In this document: piece after piece, positions 40,980-56,244 of the stretch
Layout of the letters: every line of letters begins with the position of its first letter
Numbering within the stretch: the stretch's first letter is position 1
Assembly (NCBI RefSeq): GCF_009914755.1
Contig: NC_060927.1
Source: the human T2T-CHM13v2.0 reference genome, Homo sapiens
Strand: one strand, 5' to 3'
DNA: 64,000 nucleotides
Made by a program: the position numbers and the translations under genes
Notes under the pieces: model-generated
What the model saw: the letters and a program-made list of their open reading frames with translations, nothing else
Told to the model about the DNA's origin: nothing
Database searches by the model: none

Positions 40980-41897
40980 GTAAGGGACACAGATGGGACC
41001 CTTCCTCAGCAGCAGGCCCCCAGCCCTTCCACCAGCCACTGATTCCGCCGCCTCCCTGAGGTGAGGAGTCCTCCCACCCCCTGCCTCCCATAGCAGCTGG
41101 GGCGGCCACTGAAGCCCTGACATGCTCCTGTCCCTGGCTGTGTACACCGGGGTATACTCCGGAGGGGCTGCATCATATGGTCTTTCTCTTCGATTCACAT
41201 GATGTACCCCAAATGTGAAAGTGAAGGACACACCACAGCCTCTGCACTTTAGCACGTGCCATTTAGTTGACCTTCCTAAAATAATTTTTTTTCTGAGACA
41301 TTCTGTGCCTCTTTGAGTCCCCTAGACAACACAGAAGAAGATGTGGTCTGTCACCTATAGTCCTGTCATTCCCTTGGGTGCTCACAGTTTTCTGAAGAGA
41401 ACTCTCAAAATTCTCAAAACATAAATACCTGTATCCCACTTCATTTTTAAGAAGAGTAAAGAAATTAAGTCACTTTGGTATTGGTATGGAGACAGATTTT
41501 CTAAGTTCAAATAGTATACTACAGCATCTTCAGACATTCATGGAACATTGTAGTATGTGCCATCATTATAAGGAGATACAAACATAGGTAAAAAGATGTG
41601 GTGATTGGAGGCAAAACTAGAATCTAAAAGACCAAGTCTGCCTTTGGAAATGGAAGCTATTTTCCCTGCCATGAACAGAGTGAGACTCCGTCTCACAAAA
41701 AAAAAAAAAAAAAAAAAGTGAAAGCTTCATCCTTTTCTCCTGCCTGGGTCATACACTCAGATCATTTTAATCTCCAAGGCTCTTTGGTCCCAGTATCTAG
41801 TAGCTATTTGTAAACCAATGGTGAGAATATTCTGGTGAGGGAGAAGACTTGGTCATTTCTTAGCAAATCACTTGAACCCATAAGCCCCATTGAATGC

Positions 41898-44150
<2,253 letters not shown>

Positions 44151-45076
44151 CCCGGCAGATTCAGTTCCTGGCGAGAGTTCTCTTCCTGGTTCATAAACAG
44201 AACCTTCTCTATGTGTGCCCATCTGGCTTTCCCTTGGTGTGTGTGCATGGAGAGAGAGAGATCTCTTTGTCTTCTCTTCTTCTGAGTGCACTAATTCCAT
44301 CATGAAGGCCTCACCCTCATCTAAACCTAAGTACCTTCCAAAGACCCCATCTCCACATACCATCACATAGGGGGGTTAGGCCTTCCACATATTAATTTGA
44401 GGAGTGGCGGGGGGACACAAACATTCAGCGCATAAGACTTTTCAATAGTCTTCCAATCCTAGCCACACTCAGGAGAACGTCTCCAATCCTGCTAGCACAT
44501 CTTTAACACTTCTCTATCACCAGCAAATCTCCCTTTTCAACAAAGATGGAGTAGACCTTAGGCTCAGAGGCTTCCAAAGGCAACAGAGTTCAGCATTGCT
44601 CTGTTTTCATTGTGTTCATTTTTACAACTACCTTCTCTTTTTGGCAAGTGATCCTGGATTCCCATCTATGACAGTGATATAAATTGTTCTTTTAAAACAA
44701 TCTTTAAACTAAAAGAGTAAGGCAACAAAAATATGAACAAATATCCCAGGTGATGTAATTTGCAGATGTGGCAGAAATTGAAAAGATGGTATGTGAGTGA
44801 AACTTAGAAAGTCCCGGTTAAAGAGTGTAAACGCATCACTTCCTAAGGAGAGCCTCGGTGGCGGAACAGGAGCAGCAGGTCTCTGGCCAGAGTATGTGTC
44901 AGGCTTGGTTTTACTGTTAAAGCTGTGACTTTGGCCTGACAGTCAGAAAGCTATACATAAAACTAAAGCTTATCATGCAAATGAGCTTCCAGAGGTCATA
45001 AACTGCAGAAGATGGAAGAGAACAGTTTAAGTTTGGAATGCCTGCTGATGCCAAATACCACTTCCTTTTTCACTAG

Positions 45077-45156
45077 TATGAATTCAGCGTGATCTTTGAT
45101 ACAAGCCACCTGTCTGGGGAAGAGGAAGTTCTCAGCTTCATTGTTACTGCTCAGAG
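45077..45156 (+). CDS. ITGA9: Integrin alpha-9 coding exon (recalled exon 20), YEFSVIFDTSHLSGEEEVLSFIVTAQ(S)
   Basis: 80 bp, ctttttcactAG|TAT...cagag|GTaagg, phase 0/2; joins both neighbours in frame. Not shown in the ORF track. Confidence 0.96.
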
Positions 45157-45919
45157 GTAAGGCGGGGGTTTAAACACTTTTTTCAAAGATGAGAGATTTA
45201 TGGGACCAGGAAAGGATGTGTCCTGGTTAAGCTTTGATGAATCCCAGGATGCTGAGGAGGAAGAAATGGTTACTCAGTGATAAAGCCTTGAGCCGCTAAG
45301 TGGAATTGGATTTCTTGGGGATGGTGGTTGCCTAGTGCTGCTTGCATAGCCGCCACTGCAGATTGAACTGAGAGGAACTGGGCATCAGCCACTCAGAGGT
45401 GATGATTCTACAGCTGAGGAGAGACAGGCCCAGGGGGGTGAGGCTCTAGTCCAAGGTCAGTTCCCACTTGGCTGTGTATTTCCCAGATCAGACAGATGTC
45501 CTCTGCAAATTGTCTGGCTGGGCCCACTGCTGCTTTTGGACATGGTGCTGTATCCCTTGATGGAGTGGGCAGGTCACCTGCAGCCTGAGGGCCTGGCTGA
45601 GCCTGTTGGCAGAGGCCCCAAGAGATGCTACTCAAGAGAGGGCTTAATTTGGAAGCCAAGTGGATGGATAGGAAAGGGGATCGTGGGGTGGCAGCTTCTC
45701 CCCTCAGTAGCATGTGCCCGCCCCTCTCCAGGATAGCCATGAGTGCCTGTGGGGGCTTCTGGGGAGTTACAAGATGCCTTCTCCAGGGCAGATCCAGCAT
45801 GCCTTGAAGCAGCATCTAGGTAGCACTTGGCTGGCAGCTCCAGTGGAGGGAGGGGCGTTCAGGTGGGTGAACAGGGAGACACAAGCTTTGATTGGGGTGG
45901 TGGTTGGACACCCAAGGCA

Positions 45920-46330
45920 ACCTTTTCATTTTCACTTGGAAATGATCTTAAACTTAACAGAAGTCTTACAAGAATAGTGCAAGGAACTCCTATATACCCT
46001 TTACCCAGATTCACCCAGTGTTAACATTTTGCCTCATCTATTTTATCATCCTCTTTCTATATAATTTTTTTTGTTAACCATGTGAAAGTTGCAGAAATCA
46101 TGCCTCTTGATTCATAAATACTTCAGTGTGCATTCCCAAGAATGAGGCTGTTCTCTTAAGAAACTGTAGTATAGTTATCACATTCAGGAAATTGAACATT
46201 GACACTATGCTATTAGCTAATCCGCAGTTTATGTTCTGATTATGCCAGTTATCCCAATAATGTCTTTTTAGCCGCTTCTTTTTACTGGTCCACAAGACTT
46301 GGTTATTTTCTATTGACACTATTTTCGAGA
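45920..46330 (-). mobile_element. L1MC 3' fragment
   Basis: aaacttaacagaagtcttacaagaatag..ccctttacccagattcacc..taaatacttcagtgtg. Confidence 0.7.
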
Positions 46331-47100
46331 TCACATAATTTACATCACATAAAACATGACTGTGATCTAATAGAAGCCTATGCAAAGCATAGATAGGGTA
46401 GACTTCATTCCCATTGCACAAAATCCAGAAGGGCTTCAGTGGGGAGGTAGCATTTAAACAGAGGAGTCTGTTTTCAGGCTGAAGCAACATGGGCACGGCA
46501 GTGAGGCTGTCCATGGGGCAAGAAGCCCTGTTACACCTGTGTAGGTGGTGGGCACGAGAGTGTACTGGGGATTCGTGCACCTTCTCAGAAGAAGGATGGG
46601 GAGCACACAAGCACAGTGGGAATGGGGCTGAAAGAGGAGCCTGGGCGCTAAACCATGGGGGACAAAGGTCACCTAGAAAATCTGAACTATATCCTGATGG
46701 CACTGAGGAGCCACTGAAAGTTTTTGAAAAGGGGAGTGGCACAGTGCAACAGCTTGGCCCCAGAGCATGAGGTTGATGAATTTGATAAGGGGCGGCAGAT
46801 GCCCATTCAAACCTGAAAATTCTCATTCTCTTGCCATTTCTTGGATCCACAGAACACTCGCCATTGTTGGGCAGACCCATCAATGTGCTCTCTTGGTCCT
46901 TCCACACCTGAGGCAGCCTGTATGCCTGGGAAGGAATGTGACATGGAAGAGATTTCCCTTGTCAAAATAGAAGACACTTCCTGCCTCCACCTAATTCAGG
47001 GCTAATCATAACAGTCAGAGAGGGCAGGGAACCAGTATTGCAATTGTGAAAGGTTCATTTGTTAGAATAACATGTCCACACAGCAGCAGTGCTCTGGTTT

Positions 47101-49074
47101 TGGATGCATATTAGAATCGCCTGGGGAGCTTTCAAAAATATCGATGCCTGATCTATCCCCAGAGACCCTGACCCTGCCTCTGCCTGGGGTGAGACCTGGG
47201 CAATGGAGTTTTCAGAAGGGCTCACCAAATGATTCTAATGAGCAGCCAAGGCTAAGAACCACTATTTATAATCCCTTACTCTGTGCTGGGCACATTTTCA
47301 CTCAGTAAATATTTATTGTGCACCTTATATTTACCAGTTGCAGTGCTAAATGCTGGGCACATGAGAAAATGACAGTAACCTACTAAATTCAAGAACACCC
47401 CCTATGTACATTAACAGTGCTGCATAGCTTCAGGAAGCCCTAGGATCTGTAGCTTCAATAATATAAAAATTTCTAGTTTCTTAAATCACAGATGTTAAGA
47501 TGACCATATTATCTTCTAAGCACACACCAGAATATTTCAGATGCTCATTTCTTTTCAGGCATTGGTGAAGATATGGTCTGACTGCCCCGGAGGGCACCCA
47601 CACACAGCGCTTGACTCCCTGCTATGACGGAAAGATCCTTAAAGCTCCTTATCTTGAAAACTACAGTTAAAATCTCAATTGTTCCTTTCTTCCATCACCA
47701 CCCTTTGAAGGTCTCTTTGCCTACTTGTAGATTTAGGGGGACATAACATTGAGACTGAGCAGTTTCTTGAACCTCTCCTCTCAGCAGCCACCAGCCTGGC
47801 TTTTGCAGACCACTGGAAAGTATCCCAGCTCATTAGCTTTTGGAATGACGGGAAGCCTTTTGATGTTTGACGTCTTTATCTCAACTCTTCAACTTAGCTC
47901 ATTCTGGAGCAGTCACACGATGACAGATGAGACGGTTGGGCCTAAGCCGGCCAAACAAATGGCAGGGCAAGACCTGGCAGGATGCTGGGGTGGGGGCGGG
48001 AGTGGGCCAGGATGGTGTTAACCCATCCACAGGGGAGTCGCCTTTGGCCTGCCCACAGCAGTGATCCCAAGGCTTTTGTCACCCCTTGGGAAAGGAAGGA
48101 CAAGGAAGTCAGGCTGTGTGGGCACCTGATCCTGCTGCTTTTGCAAACTGTGGATGCCCCTGAGGGACTGATGTCACCCCATGTAGGAAGACAGATGAGG
48201 AGCCAGGGCAGAGACTGTGGCCCTATGGGGTCAGCGTCACACAGCACCATTGTTTCAGAACAATAGGAGGGAGAAGGAGAGGGGATGTGAGAGCTATTTA
48301 AGTGCTGTTGCCATTCAGCACTTGCTGGTTGAGAGAGGAAGGCAGTGGGGCAGGGCTTGGAGGGGGCAGAGAGAGGGCACAGAGCAGACAGGGACTCAGC
48401 AGATGTTCAGGGAACGGCGTGGTGGGGAACAGTCAGGATGAGCTGAGCCAGCCTCAGCAGGTCTAGGGGACTCTTTTCTTCCGCCCATGCAGGGTGAACT
48501 TGGGAACCAACTGTGAATGTAGGTTCAAGAACATGTACCCAAGAGCCACGCATTTTCCCAAGGAATAATGATCACAATTCCTATTAGAAATTTAATAAAG
48601 TAATAAAGGGAAACTAGGTCTTCTCTCTCTTCCTCCTGTTCCTTCTCCTCCCTTCTTCTTTTGCTCCTCTTCCTTCTCGCTCCCAAATCTGGCATCAGGA
48701 GCAGGAGTCACAGCTGAGAGAGCCCTAGTTTGAAGTCTGACTGAGCTGGTTGGAATCTCAGCTCTGGTTTGCAGGGGGGCCTTGGGCAGTTACCTGATTT
48801 ATCTGACTTGCTCCTTACCTGTCAAAGGTGGGTGCTCCATCTCCCTCTGGGGTTGCTCTGAGGTCTCAGTGAGGCCATGCTGAGAAATGCCCGGCATAGT
48901 GCCTGGCACATAGTAGCCACTTAACAGCATCAATTCCCTCATGTTCACCTTTCCAGAATGATCTCACAAGAATCCCCGTTCTGTGCTTTCTCACCCGGAG
49001 GCCTTATGTGGATGTATTTTAGAATCACCTGGGGAGCTTTCAAAAATATCGATGCCTGATCTACCCCCAGAGAC
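47101..49074. repeat. Local direct duplication 47101-47166 / 49009-49074
   Basis: 62/66 ungapped identity. Confidence 0.9.
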
Positions 49075-49267
49075 TTGCTATAGCCAGGGTCTATAGCGAG
49101 AGCTTCCATGATGTTTATAGTGGTAGGTTTGGTCAGGGCCTCTTTCCTGGGCTTGGCTGTCCATGGATGATGGGTGGTCCTTTCAGGTGAGACATAGCTG
49201 CTGAAGTCTAGCAACTCCTTCCTGGCTGCAATACCCTAACTTCATTGGTCCATTGTTCGTGGAACAG

Positions 49268-49732
49268 GCACTTACACAAGTAGCACACACAGTAGGTGCC
49301 CTGCCCATAACCCCTCAGCCCTCACCCTTCCCAATCTATCCGCAAACTGGGCAGATTCCGGCTCCCAGCACCAGCCACCCTGCTGAGGCTTTCTCTGGCC
49401 AGAGCCCACTCACTTGCCTGACAGGCAGGTGCCAGGGGGTTCATTCCACCCCACCCCCACCCCCAGCAGCAGCAACAGCAGCTCTCAGGAGTCAGTGGAT
49501 AAAGGCCTGGCTCCCATGCCCTCAGCTAGGAAGACTGACTCTGCCTCACAGAGTCCCCGCGAGACTGGGCCCTGGCTGCCGACAGCACGACCCTCCTGTA
49601 TGGCATGCCTTTATTGTCTCCTTTCCTTTGCTCTCTCCCTTCTCCACTCTCCAGTCCTACTGGCATTTCCTGGGGCCACCTCTCGAATAAACTACTTACA
49701 CTCAAATCTTTGTGTGGAACACAACCAAGACA
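49268..49732 (+). mobile_element. ERVL LTR16-like solo LTR (related degenerate LTRs at ~8240-8490 and ~27780-28030)
   Basis: Ends aataaactacttacactcaaatctt...aaccaagaca. Confidence 0.65.
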
Positions 49733-49902
49733 ATAGAGTGCCCTTGATAGATATGTACAGGGACCAAAAACAGACTGAAGGCAATGAGGTGCCATCTGCC
49801 CTTGGAGAATGTAGAGATTCAACTCTAAAGTGGAACAGAGAAAGCCCACTGCTGGACAGCTAGTGTTGGCCAGCGTTCATTCATTCTCCTCTCTCTGCAC
49901 AG

Positions 49903-49992
49903 TGGCAACACGGAGCGCTCTGAATCCCTGCATGACAACACCCTCGTGCTGATGGTGCCACTGATGCACGAGGTGGACACGTCCATCACCGG
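49903..49992 (+). CDS. ITGA9: Integrin alpha-9 coding exon (recalled exon 21), (S)GNTERSESLHDNTLVLMVPLMHEVDTSIT(G)
   Basis: 90 bp, ctctctgcacAG|...accgg|GTgagt, phase 2/2; CpG-rich coding-like composition. Confidence 0.96.
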
Positions 49993-52098
49993 GTGAGTAG
50001 CCTGGTCCTGGGTTGCCACAACACAGGAGTGCCCTCCAGTGGAACACTGTGCTTCTCATATTTGCATGTGTAGCCAGCCAGGAGCCAAGGGCTGTGCCAC
50101 CTCCACTTCCTCCCAGCCTTGAAAAGCAGGATGAAGCTTTAGCTGCAGTAACTCATACACTCCTCCCTCCTTGTTTTCTCCTCTGTCCCACCTACCCACC
50201 CACCTGGTAGATAATCTGAGAAGTTTGATGACAAGTTTAAGCCCCATAATTTCTTTGAACATTCCATATACCTTTATGTGCATATATTCTCATCCGCCCC
50301 TAGTCCCTCCAGAATGCTGTATGGTAACAAGCAGCATGGCTCCTGGGATTAAAATCTCAGCTGGAAGTTGCTGGGCCAGAGATTATCACCAGATGTGTCT
50401 CCAGTCCTGGCTCACAGGAGGACCACTTTCTGATTAGCTCCACAGGCAGTGCTGGCTTTGCTTGTTTCTGTTAACTCCCTCTGCAGAGCCAGAGGTGGCT
50501 TTTCCTGATGTCTATAATGGTCTGGAATGGGCAGGGAACCATCCCATCGGCCACACTGTCTGTCTGGGTCAAGTCCACGGTCATTCAGTGCCGCTGGCAT
50601 TGTTGGAAAGCAGGACCCTGGGCTGCAGTCTGTGGAGACCTGAAACAACCTGTGTCAGTTTTCAACCAAAGCCCCAGCTTGGAAAAATGAGAACTCCATT
50701 TCTTTCCAGCTTCAGAAAACAGAGTGCATACCTCTTTGATAGTGGAAAAAAGATTTACACAATTAGTTTAGATCAGGTGAGGACCCACTGAACCCTTGAC
50801 CCAAATGCAAGCTGAACTTTCTGGAGGTTCACAGTTTCTAATTTTTCGGTTTTCAAGTGCTTCTGGGTCTCAGCCTTGATTAGCAGTAGAAATGTTGATC
50901 CCTTGCAGGGAGAGCCATCCCTGCACTAGCCCGCACTGCTGGGAGCCAGTGGAATGAGTCTCCAAGCATTCCTGCTCCTGAGCTTTTGGCATTTTTGGTC
51001 ATGTTTTTTAAACATGAGGTACTGATGGAATATATTTGCAAATTAGCATATTTTTGCCTCTGTTCACAGCTCTATTTTTAACTGTATCATTTATTTACTT
51101 GTCTCATCAAAGGCACAGCAAGAATATACCCAGAACCAAGCCCTATCCTTGGGGACAAAGAGAAAACATTCTCCCCACCACCCCCAGACACTTGATCATG
51201 TGATCAGTCCTTAGAGGACCTTGTTGGGAGGTGTTAACAGCCCCTGATGAAGCCATCAGTTAAACAAATGAGTCAACCTCTGATCTCTCCAGGAACCTAA
51301 AACAGCTCTTGCCATTTGGTAATGCTGGGAACTCACTACCTTACTAAAATAATGCACTAAACATTGAAAATGGATGAGTTGTTGTCTATTCGGACTTAGT
51401 CTCAAAAATCTTCCATTGTTGTGTTTAGGTGAGTGAGTGGCCTCCAGCATCTAGAAGTCGATATTTGTCTGGGAGTGTCAGTCAGAGCTTTGTTTCTTCT
51501 CAGGAATGTGTTCATATAAGCAACATTGAAAGCATTGCTGCAAACTGAGCTTGAATTCTTCTCACCTCTTATGTAGCCTCCGAAATCCAAGGGAAAATGC
51601 TATCAATGAACGGATTCAGCTTTCAAATGCCTAACTTCTAGTCATCTTGGCAGTCTGATAAATTTAAGTTTTTTAAGTGAATTTGTCATAGAGTGGGGTT
51701 TAGGATGCCAAATACATAACTCATTTATATTTATTTTTTAAAAGCTTATGATCATCTTCTTCAACCCATAAAACATTTTTCGAATGACAAAACAGAAAAT
51801 GTATACTTTTATAATCCAGTTTTTAAAAAGTCAAAGCTATGATAATCTTGTCATTTCAGAAAGGTAATCCCAGTGCATATTTCTCCATGCAGCTTATTGA
51901 CGTAACCTAAGATGAGAAGACACTACTATTCATGCCTGGTCAGAAAGCACAGACTGGCTATGTAACAGCCCCAGCAGGGAAGCACTGGGTGCAAGACACT
52001 GGATTAAATTGAGACAAATGTTTGCTTCTCAGAATGGCAGTGACCATGGGTGCTTGACTGTGGGTGGGGATGACAGATTTCATGCTTTCCTCTTTCAG

Positions 52099-52207
52099 AA
52101 TCATGTCTCCAACCTCCTTTGTATATGGCGAGTCCGTGGACGCAGCCAACTTCATTCAGCTGGATGACCTGGAGTGTCACTTTCAGCCCATCAATATCAC
52201 CCTTCAG
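52099..52207 (+). CDS. ITGA9: Integrin alpha-9 coding exon (recalled exon 22), (G)IMSPTSFVYGESVDAANFIQLDDLECHFQPINITLQ
   Basis: 109 bp, ttcctctttcAG|...cttcag|GTaccc, phase 2/0; lies within ORF 52064..52441. Confidence 0.96.
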
Positions 52208-52827
52208 GTACCCACTCCTGGAGACCTCCTCTGTCCGTGGGGGCTAACGGAAGGGCACATGGGATGTCTCTCCTACAGAGGGCTAAGCTCTTGTCAGGAG
52301 AAACCCTTCTGTGGTTGGCTGGTGTGGTGTGTGTGTGAGATCTGTAACCACACACAGAATGAATCCTTTTCGATGCCTGGTACTCTGCTGTGCAGGCCCC
52401 TCTGCTTTTTCAGGATTTGGAAGGACAGGTCCACGTCATGAATGCCAGTTTTCCCCAAGAAGCCCTCTGTGTGGTGGAGGCCTCAGCCAATGTCCCAGCC
52501 CAGATGACCCCATGAGGACCCCTTTCTGTTCTCCATCATTCCCCACCTTCTGGGCAGGGCTGCCTCAGAGGATTTGCTGTGTCCCTTCCTCCTGAGATTT
52601 TCTTGCCAGCTCATCCAGGAGCCCACTCCTCCTGCAGGGGAACAGCCTTTCGGAAGGGCAGTTTTATAAGAACAGAGGAGTGTGAGCCCCTGTGAGCCCC
52701 CACGGGAGGCACGCTGCTCCCTCACTGAGCCATGGCTGGCTTGCCCAGGCACACAGGCATCATTTCCAGCAAGTCCACTTGGTGTAGACTGTGGACCTCA
52801 TGAAGGACACTGTTTCTTCTCTTAGTT

Positions 52828-53012
52828 GGGGGTCAGCAAACTTTTTCTGAAAAGAGCCATGGGGTAATTTAGGCTTTGTGGGCCATTTGGCCTCTGCAGC
52901 ATCTATTCAACCATACTTCTGTAGTTCAAAGGCAGCCATAGATAACACAGAAACAAAATTTTAGTTCCTTATAGACAATGAAATTTGAATTTCGTATAAT
53001 TTTCACATCATG
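52828..53012. mobile_element. MER58-like hAT fragment
   Basis: ggggtcagcaaactttttctg..tttaggctttgtgggcca..gcagccatagataa. Confidence 0.7.
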
Positions 53013-55836
53013 AAATGTAGGCCCAAGCGAGAAAGGATATCCTGAAGGTCCCAGAGCTGGGAGAAGCCGGGCTGGGGCCAAGACCTGGCGGCACTGGCCG
53101 GACCCTGTGTGGATGAAGTGAAGGAGATGGGCCCAACTCACCCATAGGACACAACAGTCCATATCTCCTCACTCTCTGGTTCTACCTCCCAGAACTCTTC
53201 TCTGCCTCTTGCGTCCTTCCCCATGGAGAGATGGTTTCCCACTCTGGCATTCACTGCTGTGGCTAAATAATAATTATTTTCTTTCCTTGTGGCCTCTCCT
53301 AGGTGGACTTAGGGGATGACAAATAATGACAGGGTGAGGGTCTAGAGAATGTGGCAGTAAAACATTTGTGGGCTCTGACAAACAATGGTCTTCCTCTCCC
53401 CAGAGTATTCTCCCAGCAACAGACTGCGAAACCATGATACATAACACATGTCCCCAGCTCACAGAGGATGTGCCTTCTGACCAACTAAGCCCCTGCTGTC
53501 ACACCCTGCTCTTGATTTACAGGGGAGAAAGGGAAGGATGGGGTTAGAGCTTGTTTTTGAGACAGTAGAGTGATTGCTGTGAACAGCACCTCTGCATTTC
53601 TGAATTGCTTCTCAGAGTTATTTTATTTTTCTCCTTTGCTTTTCGTAATTGGGTAGGAAATAGATAAAGACCTGATGGGTTTATTTCATCTTAGTTGTTT
53701 CTACTCTTTCCTACTCTTATAGTTTTGGGGGTGTCTTGCAATTAAAGATGTAGTTCAGAAAATTATTTAGAAGGGTTCAAGTAACACAGACCATGTAATG
53801 AAGAGGGTATGAGTGTTGAAAGAAGGAAAAGAAGAACAGGGGTTGCACAGAATATACCAAATGTTCTTATCACCCTCTGGGGAACAAAAGAAAGAAATCT
53901 GAGGGTATGCAGCTTATCCTTCCAGTTGTTTCTCTGAAGGTAATTTTTACAGTGAGTTTAAAGTTTGGTATTCAGGCAAATAGTTTTCTTCACATCTGAC
54001 CTGAAATAGGACTCAGGCTAGAGAATCCAGCCCTGGGGAATGAGTGATTGGCATGTCCCTTAGATAAACTCCTCCGTGATCCATTGCCTCAGGAAGTGCA
54101 CAGCATTCAATCCAGGGTTGAGAGAGTTGGGTCTGAAAGATTGATAGTGTGTGCCATTGATTAGAAGGAGATCCTTCTGTGCTAGCAAAGCCCACTTTTT
54201 CCTTGAGAATTGTCTGACTACTTATTTATTGGTATAATGGTTGTTATTGTGGTTGTCCTGCAGGAAGGTCACTAACCAGCTTGGCAGTGATAATGACCAG
54301 AAGGTGAAAATACTGTGGAAGGAGGCCAGGAATACGGAGAAAATGTTTCTATATTTCCTTATTCCAGTAATATTGTTCCTGAAGGAGAACATAAGACTTT
54401 CCATATGAACAGATTTTTCTATGCTTTTAAAAATCGGTTATTCAACAAGCTACATAATTGTTTAAAGGCTCCACTGCCATTGTACACAGGAGAAAGGCAG
54501 AAATACTAGTCTTGGGCCTGCTTTTTACATTTCATCATAGTTTTTAAACAGACACATTAATTTCTCGACAATAAGAGGCTTTTTTGGCATCAAAATTTAA
54601 AGCATTTCCCCACCTGAAAAACAATGGCCAAAAATAATGCAGATATTACACATGAACATTTGCAGAGAATCCAGTATAAAGACATTTGTTAAAAATAAAG
54701 ATGGTAATACAAGCTCTCCTGTCCTCCTGGCTCTGATGAGTGAAATAGTGCAAATCAGCATCCTTTTCTTCATTGCTTACCCCATTCATGCTTGAAATGG
54801 GATTTCCCAGACATGCCAGGATGTTTCTTTTTAATTCTGTGCACTCATGTTTCACTTCAAATTAGTTATTTCAGCTATGGTCAGATATTCCTTCCTTTTC
54901 TATGTCTTCAGGTTGTTTGGTGAATATTGTTCTTTTTTGAATCAGGAGTTGGCAACCCACTCATCTGCTCTATCAGTTTTTATCTATTTATTCTTTGAAG
55001 TGGAACCAACTATTGCAGAAAACCAAAGACACAGTTTTCTAGGGAAGAGCTAGCTGGAGCTAGATCTTCATACATCCTGTCATGTGTGAAGACCTGGTAA
55101 GATTTCTGGCTTTTTGTTGGCTCTGCCCTTCTGACCTCAACTTCAGAGTTGCAGATTCCCTGGATTCTCTCTCTAGTGCCCAGGCCACCAAGCAGCATGT
55201 CATTCCTTCCTCTCTCCTACTTATCCTTTTTAAACATTTAGTTTTAAATTGACAAAACTTATATATTTTATATTTTACTCATCTTTTTAAAAATAACACC
55301 TTTATTGAGATATGATTACATACCTTAAAGTTCACCCATTTAAAGCATACAATTCAATTATTTTAATATGTTTACACAATTGTGAACCTGTCATCATCAT
55401 CTAGTTGTAGAATATTTTTAAATTTTTTTCATTTTAATTTTTGTGAGTACATGGTAGGTGTATATATTTATAGGATACATGAGATGTTTTGATACAGGCA
55501 TGCAGTGCATAATAATCATGTAAAATGGGGGTATCCATCCCCTCAAGAAATCCCTTGTGTTTCAGACAATCCAATTATACTCTTTTAGTTACTTTAAAAT
55601 GTACTATTAAATTATTATTGACTATAGTCACCCTATTGTGCTATCAATTGCTAGGTCTTATTCTTTCAATTTTTTTAATCCATTAACCATCCCCACCACC
55701 CCCCGCCACAGCCATCCCCCCATTATCCTTCCCAGCCTCTGGTTAGCATCCCTCTACTCTCTGTCTGCATGAGTTCAATTGTTTTGGTTTTGAGTTCAAT
55801 TGTTTTGGTTCAATTTTGTTTGATTTTCACAAATAA

Positions 55837-56040
<204 letters not shown>

Positions 56041-56244
56041 TAGAGTTACACACCACCACGCCTAGCTAATTTTTTTTGTGGAGAGGGGGTCGGGTTTTAG
56101 ATACGGGGTTTCACCACGTTGCCCAGCTGGTCTCAAACATGCCTGCCTCCCAAGGCTTATTTTACTTAGCATAATGACCTCCAGTTCCGTCCTTGTTGTT
56201 GCAAAATTTTGGAACATTTCAATCACCCCCAAAAGAAATTTCGG

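Noticed and set aside
46098-46907. 269-aa minus-strand ORF
   Set aside because: Partly L1MC-derived, no homology recognised; consistent with a chance ORF.
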